In this document: positions 26,978 through 35,689 of the stretch, in pieces
How the letters are laid out: each line of letters begins with the position of its first letter
How positions within the stretch are numbered: the first letter of the stretch is position 1
Source of the DNA: a virus
Taxonomy: Duplodnaviria > Caudoviricetes
Virus record (IMG/VR): IMGVR_UViG_3300035673_000002
Span: 1 to 64,000 of that record
DNA: 64,000 nucleotides
Direction: 5' to 3' (one strand)
Program-made: the position numbers and the translations under genes
Notes under the pieces: model-generated
Told to the model about the DNA's origin: nothing
What the model saw: the letters and a program-made list of their open reading frames with translations, nothing else
The model's database searches: none

Positions 26978-27852
26978 TCGTTGGCCGTGCGCCAGGCCGC
27001 TTTCTTGGCCGCCTGGAACGAGGGGGAGCCCACGCCGCCGGACTGTCCGAGCGGCGCGTTCTTGATGCGGTAGACTTCCTCGATCGAGACGCCGTAAGCG
27101 CGGGCGATGTCGGCCGGGTCGCGGCCGTCGCGCTTGATCTGGATTGCGCTCGTGTCGGCGTCCTGCGCCTGATCGGTGGCATATCCGGCTGCTCGACCGG
27201 CCTCGGCCGCGGCGGTGGCGTCGCCATACGGGCCGTAGCGCACGCCGTCTGCCATGTAGAACCAGCGGCCTCCCACGATCGTGATGGTGGCGCGCGACGC
27301 GTCCTTGCCGACGAATTCCTTCCCGACCTTTTCCGGGATGCCGAGGTCGCTGTTGCCATGGGCGGCCGCCTGCATCGCGCGGCGCTGGGCTTCGCTCACC
27401 GGCGGATCGGTCGCCATCGCCTGGTCCCGGCCTTTGAGCAGACTGTGGATGAGCTTCGCCTCCTGCCCTCCGATTCTGCGGCCGGCGCGGTTCGAGCTTT
27501 CGATCGCCTTCTGAACCGCCTCGGCATTGTAGCGCGATCCCTCCTGGTCCTTGGGCTCGGCGTCGCCGCTGAATTGCCGCACCACTTCGTCCATGGCCGG
27601 GCTGAAGCTGTCTCGCCCTCCGACCTTGTAGGCGTTCTTTTCGAGCCCGTAGATTTCCTCCTTGATGTGGCGGGCGAGGTCGACCGCTGCCTGGTATGCC
27701 GGCGACATCGTGCTGTAAGTCCGCATCGTCGCCTGGGCCTCGGCAAGGCGCCGCTTGGCGTCTGCGAGGTCGCCGCCGGCGTCCTGGGCGAAGCGGTTCG
27801 CGGATCGATACTGCAACTCGGCAGTCAGCGCGTCAGTCTCGGCGGTGGTCAT
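26974..27852 (-). CDS. Putative head-associated multi-segment protein
   Basis: Contains PPVSEAQRRAMQAAAHGNSDLGIPEKVGKEF (a recurrent phage head-region motif), repeated AQD motifs and a C-terminal HTH (PADIARAYGVSIEEVYRIK). Confidence 0.7.
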   Translation of the reverse strand: MTTAETDALTAELQYRSANRFAQDAGGDLADAKRRLAEAQATMRTYSTMSPAYQAAVDLARHIKEEIYGLEKNAYKVGGRDSFSPAMDEVVRQFSGDAEPKDQEGSRYNAEAVQKAIESSNRAGRRIGGQEAKLIHSLLKGRDQAMATDPPVSEAQRRAMQAAAHGNSDLGIPEKVGKEFVGKDASRATITIVGGRWFYMADGVRYGPYGDATAAAEAGRAAGYATDQAQDADTSAIQIKRDGRDPADIARAYGVSIEEVYRIKNAPLGQSGGVGSPSFQAAKKAAWRTANE

Positions 27853-28046
27853 GGCGTGGCGCTCCCGGGTTGGTGTTCAGCGTCGCGTGCTTTCCCGTCC
27901 ATGGCGGGAAGCGGGACTTCGATCCAGTGCGGCGACGTGTGACCGACACACGAGCCGCGCCATGGACACGTCGGGCAATCGCATCCGGTGCGATATTCCC
28001 ACCGATATCCGGGTCGATCTTTAAGATTTCGGTCCCGCAAGTTCAT
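27849..28046 (-). CDS. Small Cys-rich hypothetical protein
   Basis: GCDCPTCPWRGSC; ATGA coupling to the next gene. Confidence 0.45.
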   Translation of the reverse strand: MNLRDRNLKDRPGYRWEYRTGCDCPTCPWRGSCVGHTSPHWIEVPLPAMDGKARDAEHQPGSATP

Positions 28047-28203
28047 TACGTCCGCCCGTATCCCCGACACCGCCGGCGGCCGCGGTGGCGCGCTTGTCCA
28101 TGGCGTTGGCGATCGCATCATGGTGCTTGGCGAGTTCCTCTGCGCCGGGCTTGCCGCTCTTGCGCAGGAGCTCGGCCTGCTCACGGTGCTGCGCGCTCGT
28201 CAT
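28021..28203 (-). CDS. Small hypothetical protein
   Basis: MTSAQHREQAELLRKSG...; start overlaps the portal 3' end. Confidence 0.5.
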   Translation of the reverse strand: MTSAQHREQAELLRKSGKPGAEELAKHHDAIANAMDKRATAAAGGVGDTGGRNELAGPKS

Positions 28204-30967
28204 CAGGTAGCGCGTCCCAGCCCTCGATGTCGTCGGGGATGCGTTCGTATCCTTCATCATCGGAAACTCCTGCCTCGGTCTGCTCCATCACCGCGCGCTC
28301 GTAGGCCTCGAGCGGGTCGCCGACCTGTTCCATGTGCATCATCTCAATGATGCGCTCGCGCAGCTTGCCGGTGACCGAGCCAGCCGGAATGTCTGCCTGT
28401 TCGAGTTCGGTGTCTAGCGAACGTTCGATATCGTCCAACTGCCTCGATGTGTCGGCCGGTGGTTCGTAGCCGACCTTGTATTGCTTTTGGCCGCGCATCT
28501 CGGTGTCGATCGACTCGAGCAGGGTGTTGACGGTGCTTGTGGCCAAGCCCTCGCCGCGGAAACCGGCATCGCTGATGTAGCCGGCCTCGACCGAGGATTC
28601 GCGCGCCTGGTCTAGCTTGTTGCCCTTCGGCCGGATCAACATGCCGAAGCCCGGAACGAATAGGTTTTTCTTTCCGATGATCTGGCGCAGATCGTTCACG
28701 AGCGGATCCTTATCGCTGATCCCTCCGGTGGCGGCGAGGTGCTCGACGAGAGACCACGAGTCGCTGCTGCGCGCGGCCGGGCCCTTGCCGCTCCGGATGT
28801 TCTTGCGGACCGCCGGCGTGATCGCGGCGATCTCGGCCTCCGACATCGGCGTGCCGTAGTAGACGCTGGTGGCGCCTTCCTTGACCTTGCGCAGGTTCAT
28901 GCGCGCGGCCTTGGCCGCCTGGGGCATCGATACGCTCGGCCAGCCGGTGGCCTCGAGCACCTGCTTTGCGGTCACGCCGTGCTCGAGCAGGTAGCCGATG
29001 AGTTCCTTCTTGGATTTAAACGAATCGACTTCGCGCTTTTCGCGCACGGGCTCGCCGGCGCCTGCAGTTGCTCCGCCTGGTGATGCGCCGCCGCCGCCTT
29101 CGCCGAACTTGCCGTCATCGTCGCGCGGGTGCTTCGATTCCTCCCAGGCGTCGAGGTTCAACCAGACATCACCGGCGAGTTCGACGATCCTGCCGCCTCG
29201 GTGGCCAAAAGGGACGATGCTGTCTTCGGCCACCTCCCGCCTGCCGTCGCCGGCGTCGGGATCATCACCGCTTTTGACTTCGGCGCCGGCGAGGCCTCCG
29301 CCGCCTCCGCCCTTGGGCACCAGGCCGCCCATTTCTTCCTCGATTAGATCGGGGGCGTCTTCTGGGTCGAGGCCCGGGTAAAGCGATTCCGGGTCGGCCG
29401 CGACGCGCCGGCGTTCTTCCTCCGGCCGGATGACTCCGGTGTCGATCAGAACCTGCGCGGTCTCGGCATCGCCCTTGCGCTTCTCGCTCTGCTCTTTTTC
29501 GGTGAGCGAAAACAGCGGCAGGAACACAAACGTAAGGTCGGGATCGACTTCGCCCCAGAGGCAGCGCTGCGCCATGTAAAACACCGTTCGGAGGTGGTCG
29601 CCGAAGAAGCGCTCTTGGTAGGCGGCGATGGTGTCGTAATAGGTCCGCGTTACGCCCTCGCTGTCAGCATTGAGGCCCTGCGGTTGGATGCCGAGCAGCT
29701 TGACGGTCGGGATGCGGCTCACCGTGCACATGTGCTCCTGCGACTGCGCCTGCAACTCGTGGAGCCCACCGAGCGGCGCCGATACGTTGCTGAATTCCTC
29801 GGTGTCCTTGTCGAGCACCATGGTTCCGTTGTTGTCTCGGAGGTTGCTGAAGAGCGCGAGGCGCTTAAACAACTGATCGCCGTCGGCCTGCAGCGACGTG
29901 CCGAGATTGGTGCCGAGGACCATCACCGAGAAGGCCTTGATCATGTCGGAGACGCTCTGGCGCGTGCGCAGCCAGTTGTCGACGTAGGGCTTGGCCATCT
30001 GCGACATCGATAGGCCGCCGAAGCCGTAGGCCGGCTTGAGCAGATCGGGCACCTCGCGGCCGACGAACGGAAGCATGCGCGAGACGTGGATTTCGCGCGC
30101 CATGCAATACCAGAATTCGGGCTTGTACCAATCCTTCGCGAGCGGGTTGGTCGCGTTGTAATTCGTCGGGTAGCACCACTGTGGCTCGACGGTGCGAAGC
30201 TCGATTGTGGTGCCCTTGGTGATCTTCGCTTTGCTGAGATCGTCGCGGCCGTCGCCGATCGGGATTTTCAACTCAGCCGGTCTCTCGTAGCTGCCGTTGA
30301 CGTCGATGTAGAGGTGCATGCGGCCGAAGTAGCCGTCCTTTTCCGCGCACTCACGGAACCGGTCCTTGACCTTGAGGCGGTCCATGTAATCGGTGAGCTC
30401 GGCGATCTTATCGGTCTTGTCCTCGCCGCCCTTGGGGCCCTTCGGTGCATCGGGCGCGGCATCGGTGGCGGGATCATCGTCGCCGCGCTCATCGTCGTCC
30501 TGGTCCTGCTTTTTGTTTTTCTTGTCGTTGGGTGCGGTCTTGCCCTGGATGCGGATCCACTTTCGCGTCATCTCGGTCGCGTTGGTTTCGCTAAAGACGC
30601 GGTACTCCGGACGCTGCGCCAGCTGGGCCAGGTAGGCGTAGCCGAGAAACTGCAAGCCTTCGGACCACATGCTCGTGCTGACCTGGGCGAACGCCCAGGT
30701 GAGCGAAGTTCCCTCGCCGGCAAACGCATCGTCCATCGCCATGCCCGTTTCCTTCTCGGGCTTCACGCCCGGCGGGAAGGCGGGCAGCGTGTACGGATTG
30801 ACGAGCGGCGTCGGCCTCCTGGCGGAGCGCGAGACGTGCGTGTCGGTCACGAGTTTGCGGGGTTTGGGCGCCTCATCTTCGGCGGCGATCGGCTTTGAGC
30901 GCCTGCTTGGTGCCGGCTTCGCCTCGAGCGCCTGGCGCGGGGTGTTGGGGGCGCGGGTGCGGGGCAT
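28181..30967 (-). CDS. Portal protein (DUF1073-like) with ~385-aa C-terminal extension
   Basis: FLGYAYLAQLAQRPEYR, EP.WCYP..YNA.NPL..D.YKP, YGFGGLSMSQ, GLNA.SEG....YYD motifs; start at ATG 30967. Confidence 0.9.
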   Translation of the reverse strand: MPRTRAPNTPRQALEAKPAPSRRSKPIAAEDEAPKPRKLVTDTHVSRSARRPTPLVNPYTLPAFPPGVKPEKETGMAMDDAFAGEGTSLTWAFAQVSTSMWSEGLQFLGYAYLAQLAQRPEYRVFSETNATEMTRKWIRIQGKTAPNDKKNKKQDQDDDERGDDDPATDAAPDAPKGPKGGEDKTDKIAELTDYMDRLKVKDRFRECAEKDGYFGRMHLYIDVNGSYERPAELKIPIGDGRDDLSKAKITKGTTIELRTVEPQWCYPTNYNATNPLAKDWYKPEFWYCMAREIHVSRMLPFVGREVPDLLKPAYGFGGLSMSQMAKPYVDNWLRTRQSVSDMIKAFSVMVLGTNLGTSLQADGDQLFKRLALFSNLRDNNGTMVLDKDTEEFSNVSAPLGGLHELQAQSQEHMCTVSRIPTVKLLGIQPQGLNADSEGVTRTYYDTIAAYQERFFGDHLRTVFYMAQRCLWGEVDPDLTFVFLPLFSLTEKEQSEKRKGDAETAQVLIDTGVIRPEEERRRVAADPESLYPGLDPEDAPDLIEEEMGGLVPKGGGGGGLAGAEVKSGDDPDAGDGRREVAEDSIVPFGHRGGRIVELAGDVWLNLDAWEESKHPRDDDGKFGEGGGGASPGGATAGAGEPVREKREVDSFKSKKELIGYLLEHGVTAKQVLEATGWPSVSMPQAAKAARMNLRKVKEGATSVYYGTPMSEAEIAAITPAVRKNIRSGKGPAARSSDSWSLVEHLAATGGISDKDPLVNDLRQIIGKKNLFVPGFGMLIRPKGNKLDQARESSVEAGYISDAGFRGEGLATSTVNTLLESIDTEMRGQKQYKVGYEPPADTSRQLDDIERSLDTELEQADIPAGSVTGKLRERIIEMMHMEQVGDPLEAYERAVMEQTEAGVSDDEGYERIPDDIEGWDALPDDERAAP

Positions 30968-30969
30968 GG

Positions 30970-31230
30970 TCAGGACCCTCGGCGAGCGAATTGGAGCGCG
31001 GCCTTGATCCGATGGAATTCGAATTCGAAGGAGGCGTGCACGCCTTCGCGGGTGAGCCAGGCATGGCCGCGATCGTGCTCGGCGAGCCCGCGCGCTACGA
31101 GACTCTCGCAGCCCTCTTTGCTCTGCATGTCGGCATCGCTGGTGGGGCCGCCGATGAAAAGTCGCCGCATTGTATCGAGCTCGGCGGCACTGAGTGGTGC
31201 GGCAAGGTCCTTGAGATCCATGGCGGTCAC
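30970..31230 (-). CDS. Small winged-helix-like protein between terL and portal
   Basis: LSAAELDTMRRL...SLVARGLA...WLTREG; GGAGG RBS. Confidence 0.65.
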   Translation of the reverse strand: MTAMDLKDLAAPLSAAELDTMRRLFIGGPTSDADMQSKEGCESLVARGLAEHDRGHAWLTREGVHASFEFEFHRIKAALQFARRGS

Positions 31231-31260
31231 CTCCTGGGCGGCGGGCGGTGGGCGTCGACG

Positions 31261-32649
31261 CTAGTGGCGCCGCATCGATCGCGCAAGGATCGAGTTGGTG
31301 ATGACGAGCGGCTTGGGCGCGTGGGTCATGTGCATCACCGCGAGCGCGAGGGCACAAACGCAATCGTCGTGCATGCCCTCGGGGGCACTGTAGCGCACTC
31401 CGGTCCTGGTGTGCTCGTATTCGAACGCCTCGAGTTCGCTCACGATCTCGCCTGGCGGGAACGTGATGCTGTTCGATTGGATGGCCACGGCGAGGCCCTC
31501 CATCAGTTTCTGCTTGCTCGCCGGGTTGAAATGATAGCCCTCGAACTTGGTGCCGGGCTTGGCCTGCAGGAAGTCGACGATGGGATCGCCGAGGCCGGTC
31601 GAATCGACCAGCGCCGGCCTGCTCGCCGTCATGCGCACGATGTTGTCGAGGATGGTCGGCCACGGGATGCGCTGGAAGCGCTCAAACTTCGCGGTGTAGC
31701 CGACAACATCGAGGCCGATGCCCACGGTGTAATCCTGGCGCTTGCCGAGGTCCCATCCCCAGACCGCGACGGCCGCGGTGCTCAGATTCGGCACGGTGCA
31801 CTTGGCAATGTGCTGAATGCCGAAGGGATTTCCGCCGTCGTCGCTCGGCTCCGCCATGTAGAGTTCGCGAAACGCGTGCTCTGGGATCGTGCCTCGCACG
31901 CTGTCGATCTCGCGCTGCTTGAGCACGCCCGCGGCGACGGCGTCGGGCGCGGTGATCTTGTGGTATCCGAGCTCGAGGTCGCCGGGATTGCGCGCACGTA
32001 CCTGCTGGGCTCGGCGTGCCAGCTGGTAGAACCAGTTCTTTCGGCCCTTGACGTTGCCGATGATGCGCATCGGCCCTTCGGTGGCGCTGACTGTGGTACG
32101 CACCGCGTGCCAGGCGCCTTCCTTGAGGCGGCTCGCCTCGTCGATCACGGCCGCGTGGACGTCGTCGCCGTAGAGGCTATCCGGGCGGTCCGCGCCCTTG
32201 AACCAGATGATCGCGCCGTTCATGAGCACGATGGTGTGCTTGCCCTTGTGGGCGGTGTACGTGCCCTCCGGCAGGTAGGCCAGCATGCGAGTGAAGGCGA
32301 TCTCCGCCTGGGCTCCGACGGGCGCCACCCACCAGTAATTCCTGCCGCCGCCGCCGCCGAAGAGCGCCTTCTCGATAAGCCAGATGATGCAGCCGACGGT
32401 CTTGCCGGCCTTGGTGCTCGCTTCGATGAGCGAGAGCCTGGCGGGATCGTAGATGGCGTCGAGTTGCTTGCGGTAGAGCCAGGGTCGGACGAATTCGACG
32501 ATCGTGCTGTGGACGAGCGTTTCAGGACGATGTGGGGTCGGGCTCTCGTCCGGCGATGGCGTCGATCGTGACGTGTCCGTTGCCCGATTCGCCGGCGGCG
32601 CCTCTTGCGTCGCCCGCATGATCTCCGCCGTTGTGAGCGGCATTTCCAT
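31261..32649 (-). CDS. terL: Terminase large subunit
   Basis: Walker A ASTKAGKT, Walker B AVIDEA, nuclease WGWDLGKRQDYT, HDDCVCALAL. Start uncertain (32649, 32643 or 32619). Confidence 0.92.
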   Translation of the reverse strand: MEMPLTTAEIMRATQEAPPANRATDTSRSTPSPDESPTPHRPETLVHSTIVEFVRPWLYRKQLDAIYDPARLSLIEASTKAGKTVGCIIWLIEKALFGGGGGRNYWWVAPVGAQAEIAFTRMLAYLPEGTYTAHKGKHTIVLMNGAIIWFKGADRPDSLYGDDVHAAVIDEASRLKEGAWHAVRTTVSATEGPMRIIGNVKGRKNWFYQLARRAQQVRARNPGDLELGYHKITAPDAVAAGVLKQREIDSVRGTIPEHAFRELYMAEPSDDGGNPFGIQHIAKCTVPNLSTAAVAVWGWDLGKRQDYTVGIGLDVVGYTAKFERFQRIPWPTILDNIVRMTASRPALVDSTGLGDPIVDFLQAKPGTKFEGYHFNPASKQKLMEGLAVAIQSNSITFPPGEIVSELEAFEYEHTRTGVRYSAPEGMHDDCVCALALAVMHMTHAPKPLVITNSILARSMRRH

Positions 32650-33061
32650 TCACGGGCCGTCCTGGCTGCTCGGTGGTGCCGAGCTTGAGTTGGAACACGA
32701 AGCGATTTTCGATCGTGGTCTGCGGCGCGTCGCCCACGTGGTCGAGGCGGTTGAGCTTTTGGTAGCCGTACTGGGCGACCTTGTCGAGGCTGTCCATGGT
32801 CGAGACGGCGAGCTTGATGTTCTTCTCGTCGGCGGCGAACACCTCGGGCGATTGCGTCTGCTGTCGATGCGCGAGGATGCCGTAGAGCATCAGGCCGACG
32901 TCGACCATCTTCTGCAGGATCTCGTTCTGCTTGCAAAGCTCCATGCCATTGGGGCCGCCCTTCCAGCGCTTGGCGTTGCCCTGCTTGGAGGCCTCGACCG
33001 CGCGCGGGTCGCCGGGCTTGAAGATGCCTTCGGCGAACGTGGTGGGGGCGGGCGTTGGCAT
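32522..33061 (-). CDS. terS: Putative terminase small subunit
   Basis: Directly upstream of and overlapping terL; N-terminal FKPG motif, AQYGYQKL, helical body. Confidence 0.65.
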   Translation of the reverse strand: MPTPAPTTFAEGIFKPGDPRAVEASKQGNAKRWKGGPNGMELCKQNEILQKMVDVGLMLYGILAHRQQTQSPEVFAADEKNIKLAVSTMDSLDKVAQYGYQKLNRLDHVGDAPQTTIENRFVFQLKLGTTEQPGRPVNGNAAHNGGDHAGDARGAAGESGNGHVTIDAIAGREPDPTSS

Positions 33062-33062
33062 T

Positions 33063-33473
33063 TCAGGCGCCCTGGCTCGTTATGCTGCGGAGGAGCAGCT
33101 CGGCGGCCTCCGGGTCGAAGTGCGGTACATCGCCGTCGCGCAATGCGCGTGCCATCGAGTTGTTCCCGGTGATGAGGGCGTCGATCTGCTCGCGCAGCCT
33201 CTGCGGTACCGGCTGCTCGGGCGTGGCGATCGCCTCGAGTTCCGACAGCACCTTGCGAAAAGTTACGGCCCGGCCGTCGAGGTAGGCAGCGTAGCGCTCT
33301 GTGATGTCGGCCCGCCGGATGTCGGCCCGCCACGCCTGGTCGGCCTCGGTTGCGGTCGCCTGGTCAGCCGCGTCGAGGATGGCTTGGGCATTCTTGTCCT
33401 TGCCGCTCTCCAGCAGCAAGGTCGCGACGCTGTGCGCGAGAGTGACGAGGAGCCTGCGCTCGAGCGGCGTCAT
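33063..33473 (-). CDS. Hypothetical protein
   Basis: GGAGAAAG RBS; helical composition. Confidence 0.6.
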   Translation of the reverse strand: MTPLERRLLVTLAHSVATLLLESGKDKNAQAILDAADQATATEADQAWRADIRRADITERYAAYLDGRAVTFRKVLSELEAIATPEQPVPQRLREQIDALITGNNSMARALRDGDVPHFDPEAAELLLRSITSQGA

Positions 33474-33504
33474 GCGGCTTTCTCCGTGATGGTGTGGGCC
33501 AGGG

Positions 33505-34155
33505 TCATTCTCCGGCTCTCATGATGCGGGCTCGAAACTCCGTGTCTGTCTCGAGCGGCAGCCCGGTCACCGGATCGGGTGCGCGGCCATCCGCGATGAC
33601 GCGCCGGCACATCGTGTTGTCTTTGAGCAGGTTCGGCGTGACCTTCTCCATCGCGAGGCGGTATTGCTCCGCGGCCGAGTTATGCGGGCAGTCGGCGTCG
33701 CAGGGAGTGCCGTCCACCCACTCGCCGCATTTGCTGCATTCGGCGACGGCGTTCACGGCGCCGACCATGGCGCGGCAGTTCGCGCGCTCCTGGGCGAACA
33801 TGGCGTCGGCGGTGCTTCTCGGCAGGTCCTCGTAATTGACGTGGTGGACGGTTTGGCCGCGATCGTCGACGATGACGATCCGCTGCAGGTTGTCCTCGTC
33901 GATCCGCCAGGGACGGTTCACCGGCATGGGGGGCGCTCCCTCGTCATGGTTCGCTCCTGCAGTTCGGTCCCTCCGGACGATCTCAGCCTCGAGGCGGAAG
34001 GCCTCGCGCGATCGCCGGGCCCAGGTCATCGATCCGCCGTCGGGTTCCTTGGGGGCGCCGTGCGCCTGGCGCGTGGCCTCGAGGTGGGCCTCGGCCAGTT
34101 GCGCGTCGGTGGCCTCGTGGAGACGCTCGAGGTTGATCTGGTCGCGCCCGGTCAT
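33505..34155 (-). CDS. Hypothetical protein with CxxC motifs
   Basis: ATG at 34155 coupled to the GNAT stop; CSKC...C..C; ends ETDTEFRARI. Confidence 0.55.
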   Translation of the reverse strand: MTGRDQINLERLHEATDAQLAEAHLEATRQAHGAPKEPDGGSMTWARRSREAFRLEAEIVRRDRTAGANHDEGAPPMPVNRPWRIDEDNLQRIVIVDDRGQTVHHVNYEDLPRSTADAMFAQERANCRAMVGAVNAVAECSKCGEWVDGTPCDADCPHNSAAEQYRLAMEKVTPNLLKDNTMCRRVIADGRAPDPVTGLPLETDTEFRARIMRAGE

Positions 34156-34637
34156 TGCCGTGGTCCCCCTTCGGCGCCGGCGGGCGCGGCGGTTATGCCC
34201 TCGAGGTCGAACACCAGCACGATGCCTTCCTCGCGCCGGCCCAGGACCTGGGCGGCCGCGCGCATGGCCGTGTTGTCGACGTGCGTGATCGAGCAAATCT
34301 TGGCCACCTTGAGTTCCCGGGCCTTCTCGACGACGGTGCCCCAGAGGGCCGTGTAGATGCCGCGCCGGCGCCATGGCGGCAGGACGTAGGATTGGTGCAC
34401 GAAGAGTTCGCGTCGCCACTCGATGTGCGCCCAGGTGATGACGCCCACGGCCGTGCGCTCTCCGCCGCCTGCCGCACCTGCGAAGCCCACGAAGGCCTGC
34501 TGGTCCCACGCGACATTGATCGTGTCCTCGCCGAGGCCGCGCTCGACGTCCTCGAGCCATCCTCTGGTGGCAAGCACCGCCGCCGGCGTGCGGCTGATCT
34601 TGTCGTAATGAACGATCTCGATGAGGTCTTTGGTCAC
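34152..34637 (-). CDS. GNAT-family acetyltransferase
   Basis: Motif A YVLPPWRRRGIYTAL; H..N.AM; GTG start. Confidence 0.85.
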   Translation of the reverse strand: MTKDLIEIVHYDKISRTPAAVLATRGWLEDVERGLGEDTINVAWDQQAFVGFAGAAGGGERTAVGVITWAHIEWRRELFVHQSYVLPPWRRRGIYTALWGTVVEKARELKVAKICSITHVDNTAMRAAAQVLGRREEGIVLVFDLEGITAAPAGAEGGPRQ

Positions 34638-34897
34638 TTGGCGTCGTCCCTGATCTCGATGCCGCGACATCCCTTCGGGAGCGGAGCGGGACCGGGATCA
34701 AACTCGTTGATCTTCACGGCCGCGCTCGTGGCGAACGTCACGCCGTCGGGCATGGTGAACGTGCGGACACTATCGTCGATCTCGCAGCGGGGGCGCGGCT
34801 CGATAAACACCATCGTATAGGCGGCGACGAAGCCGGAGAGGGCGAACAGCGCGAGCGCTGAAACGACAACGATCGAGTGCTGTGCATGCGTCATCAT
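34634..34897 (-). CDS. Small membrane-anchored protein
   Basis: N-terminal TM segment IVVVSALALFALSGFVAAYTMVFI. Confidence 0.6.
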   Translation of the reverse strand: MMTHAQHSIVVVSALALFALSGFVAAYTMVFIEPRPRCEIDDSVRTFTMPDGVTFATSAAVKINEFDPGPAPLPKGCRGIEIRDDAK

Positions 34898-35208
34898 TTC
34901 GGCTTTCCCCATCCTCGCCGGCGGCCGCTGTCCGGCCGCGCCTGGTGCTCCTGGTCCGCGCTCGCGAAGTCGATGCCCACCATGACGGGGATGCCGGCCC
35001 GGAGATAGCTGAGCGCATCCTCGAAATCCGGGCTCCCGCATAGGCCTGGCGGCGCGGCGGGTTCGCACTCCGGTAGCGGGCCCGGCTGCGCCTGGTCCCG
35101 CGGGGTCACGGTGTGCGCGAGCACTTCCTTGGCTGCTCCGACCTGGTCGAGGCAATCGACGAGCTTCCTGGCCTCGCTGCGGGGCAGGTAGCTGCGGATG
35201 TTGTCCAT
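34894..35208 (-). CDS. Hypothetical protein
   Basis: AGGAAGAG RBS; in operon. Confidence 0.55.
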   Translation of the reverse strand: MDNIRSYLPRSEARKLVDCLDQVGAAKEVLAHTVTPRDQAQPGPLPECEPAAPPGLCGSPDFEDALSYLRAGIPVMVGIDFASADQEHQARPDSGRRRGWGKPK

Positions 35209-35221
35209 GGTGGTCGCTCTC

Positions 35222-35569
35222 CTAAAGCTTGAAGGCGCCGACCGCCTCAGCGATCGCGTCCGGGTCAACGCCGGGTGGCGCCCGCAGGGTCGCGATCCAG
35301 AGCGTGAGGCGCCGGCATATGGGGCATGCGGCGGGGAGAGCGCCCGCGTCCCACCAGTATTCGGCCTCGCAGCCCATGTGCGTGCATTTGAACGATTGCA
35401 GGTTGGCTGTCTCGCGGCCGCCGTACGCGGCCTCGAACACGCGCTTATGCTCGGGGCCCGAAAGGTAAGCCCGGACGTCGAAGCGAGCGTGCACCGCCCG
35501 GTAATACTTCCACTTTTCAACTTCGCTCTGCCGGCTGTCGGCGATGCAATCCGCCTCGGGGTATTCCAT
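35222..35569 (-). CDS. Hypothetical zinc-ribbon protein; first gene of the leftward unit
   Basis: CTHMGC...CPIC. Confidence 0.6.
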   Translation of the reverse strand: MEYPEADCIADSRQSEVEKWKYYRAVHARFDVRAYLSGPEHKRVFEAAYGGRETANLQSFKCTHMGCEAEYWWDAGALPAACPICRRLTLWIATLRAPPGVDPDAIAEAVGAFKL

Positions 35570-35634
35570 GGTCGGGACTCGCTTCGGTTGTTTCTGGCTC
35601 CGGGGATTCGCCGGTGCCGGCGTCGGTCGCTCAA

Positions 35635-35662
35635 CTCATAGTCCGTCCGGCCCGGGTGTCAA
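35635..35662 (-). promoter_or_regulatory. Putative sigma70 promoter, leftward
   Basis: TTGACA-N16-TATGAG about 65 nt upstream of the 35569 start. Confidence 0.55.
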
Positions 35663-35689
35663 CGCCAGGCGCTCGGCGGCGGGTTCCGG

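Noticed and set aside
30968-31663. N-terminal extension giving a 1160-aa portal in the ORF track
   Set aside because: Overlaps terL and ORF 30970-31230 and has non-protein-like composition; portal start set at 30967.
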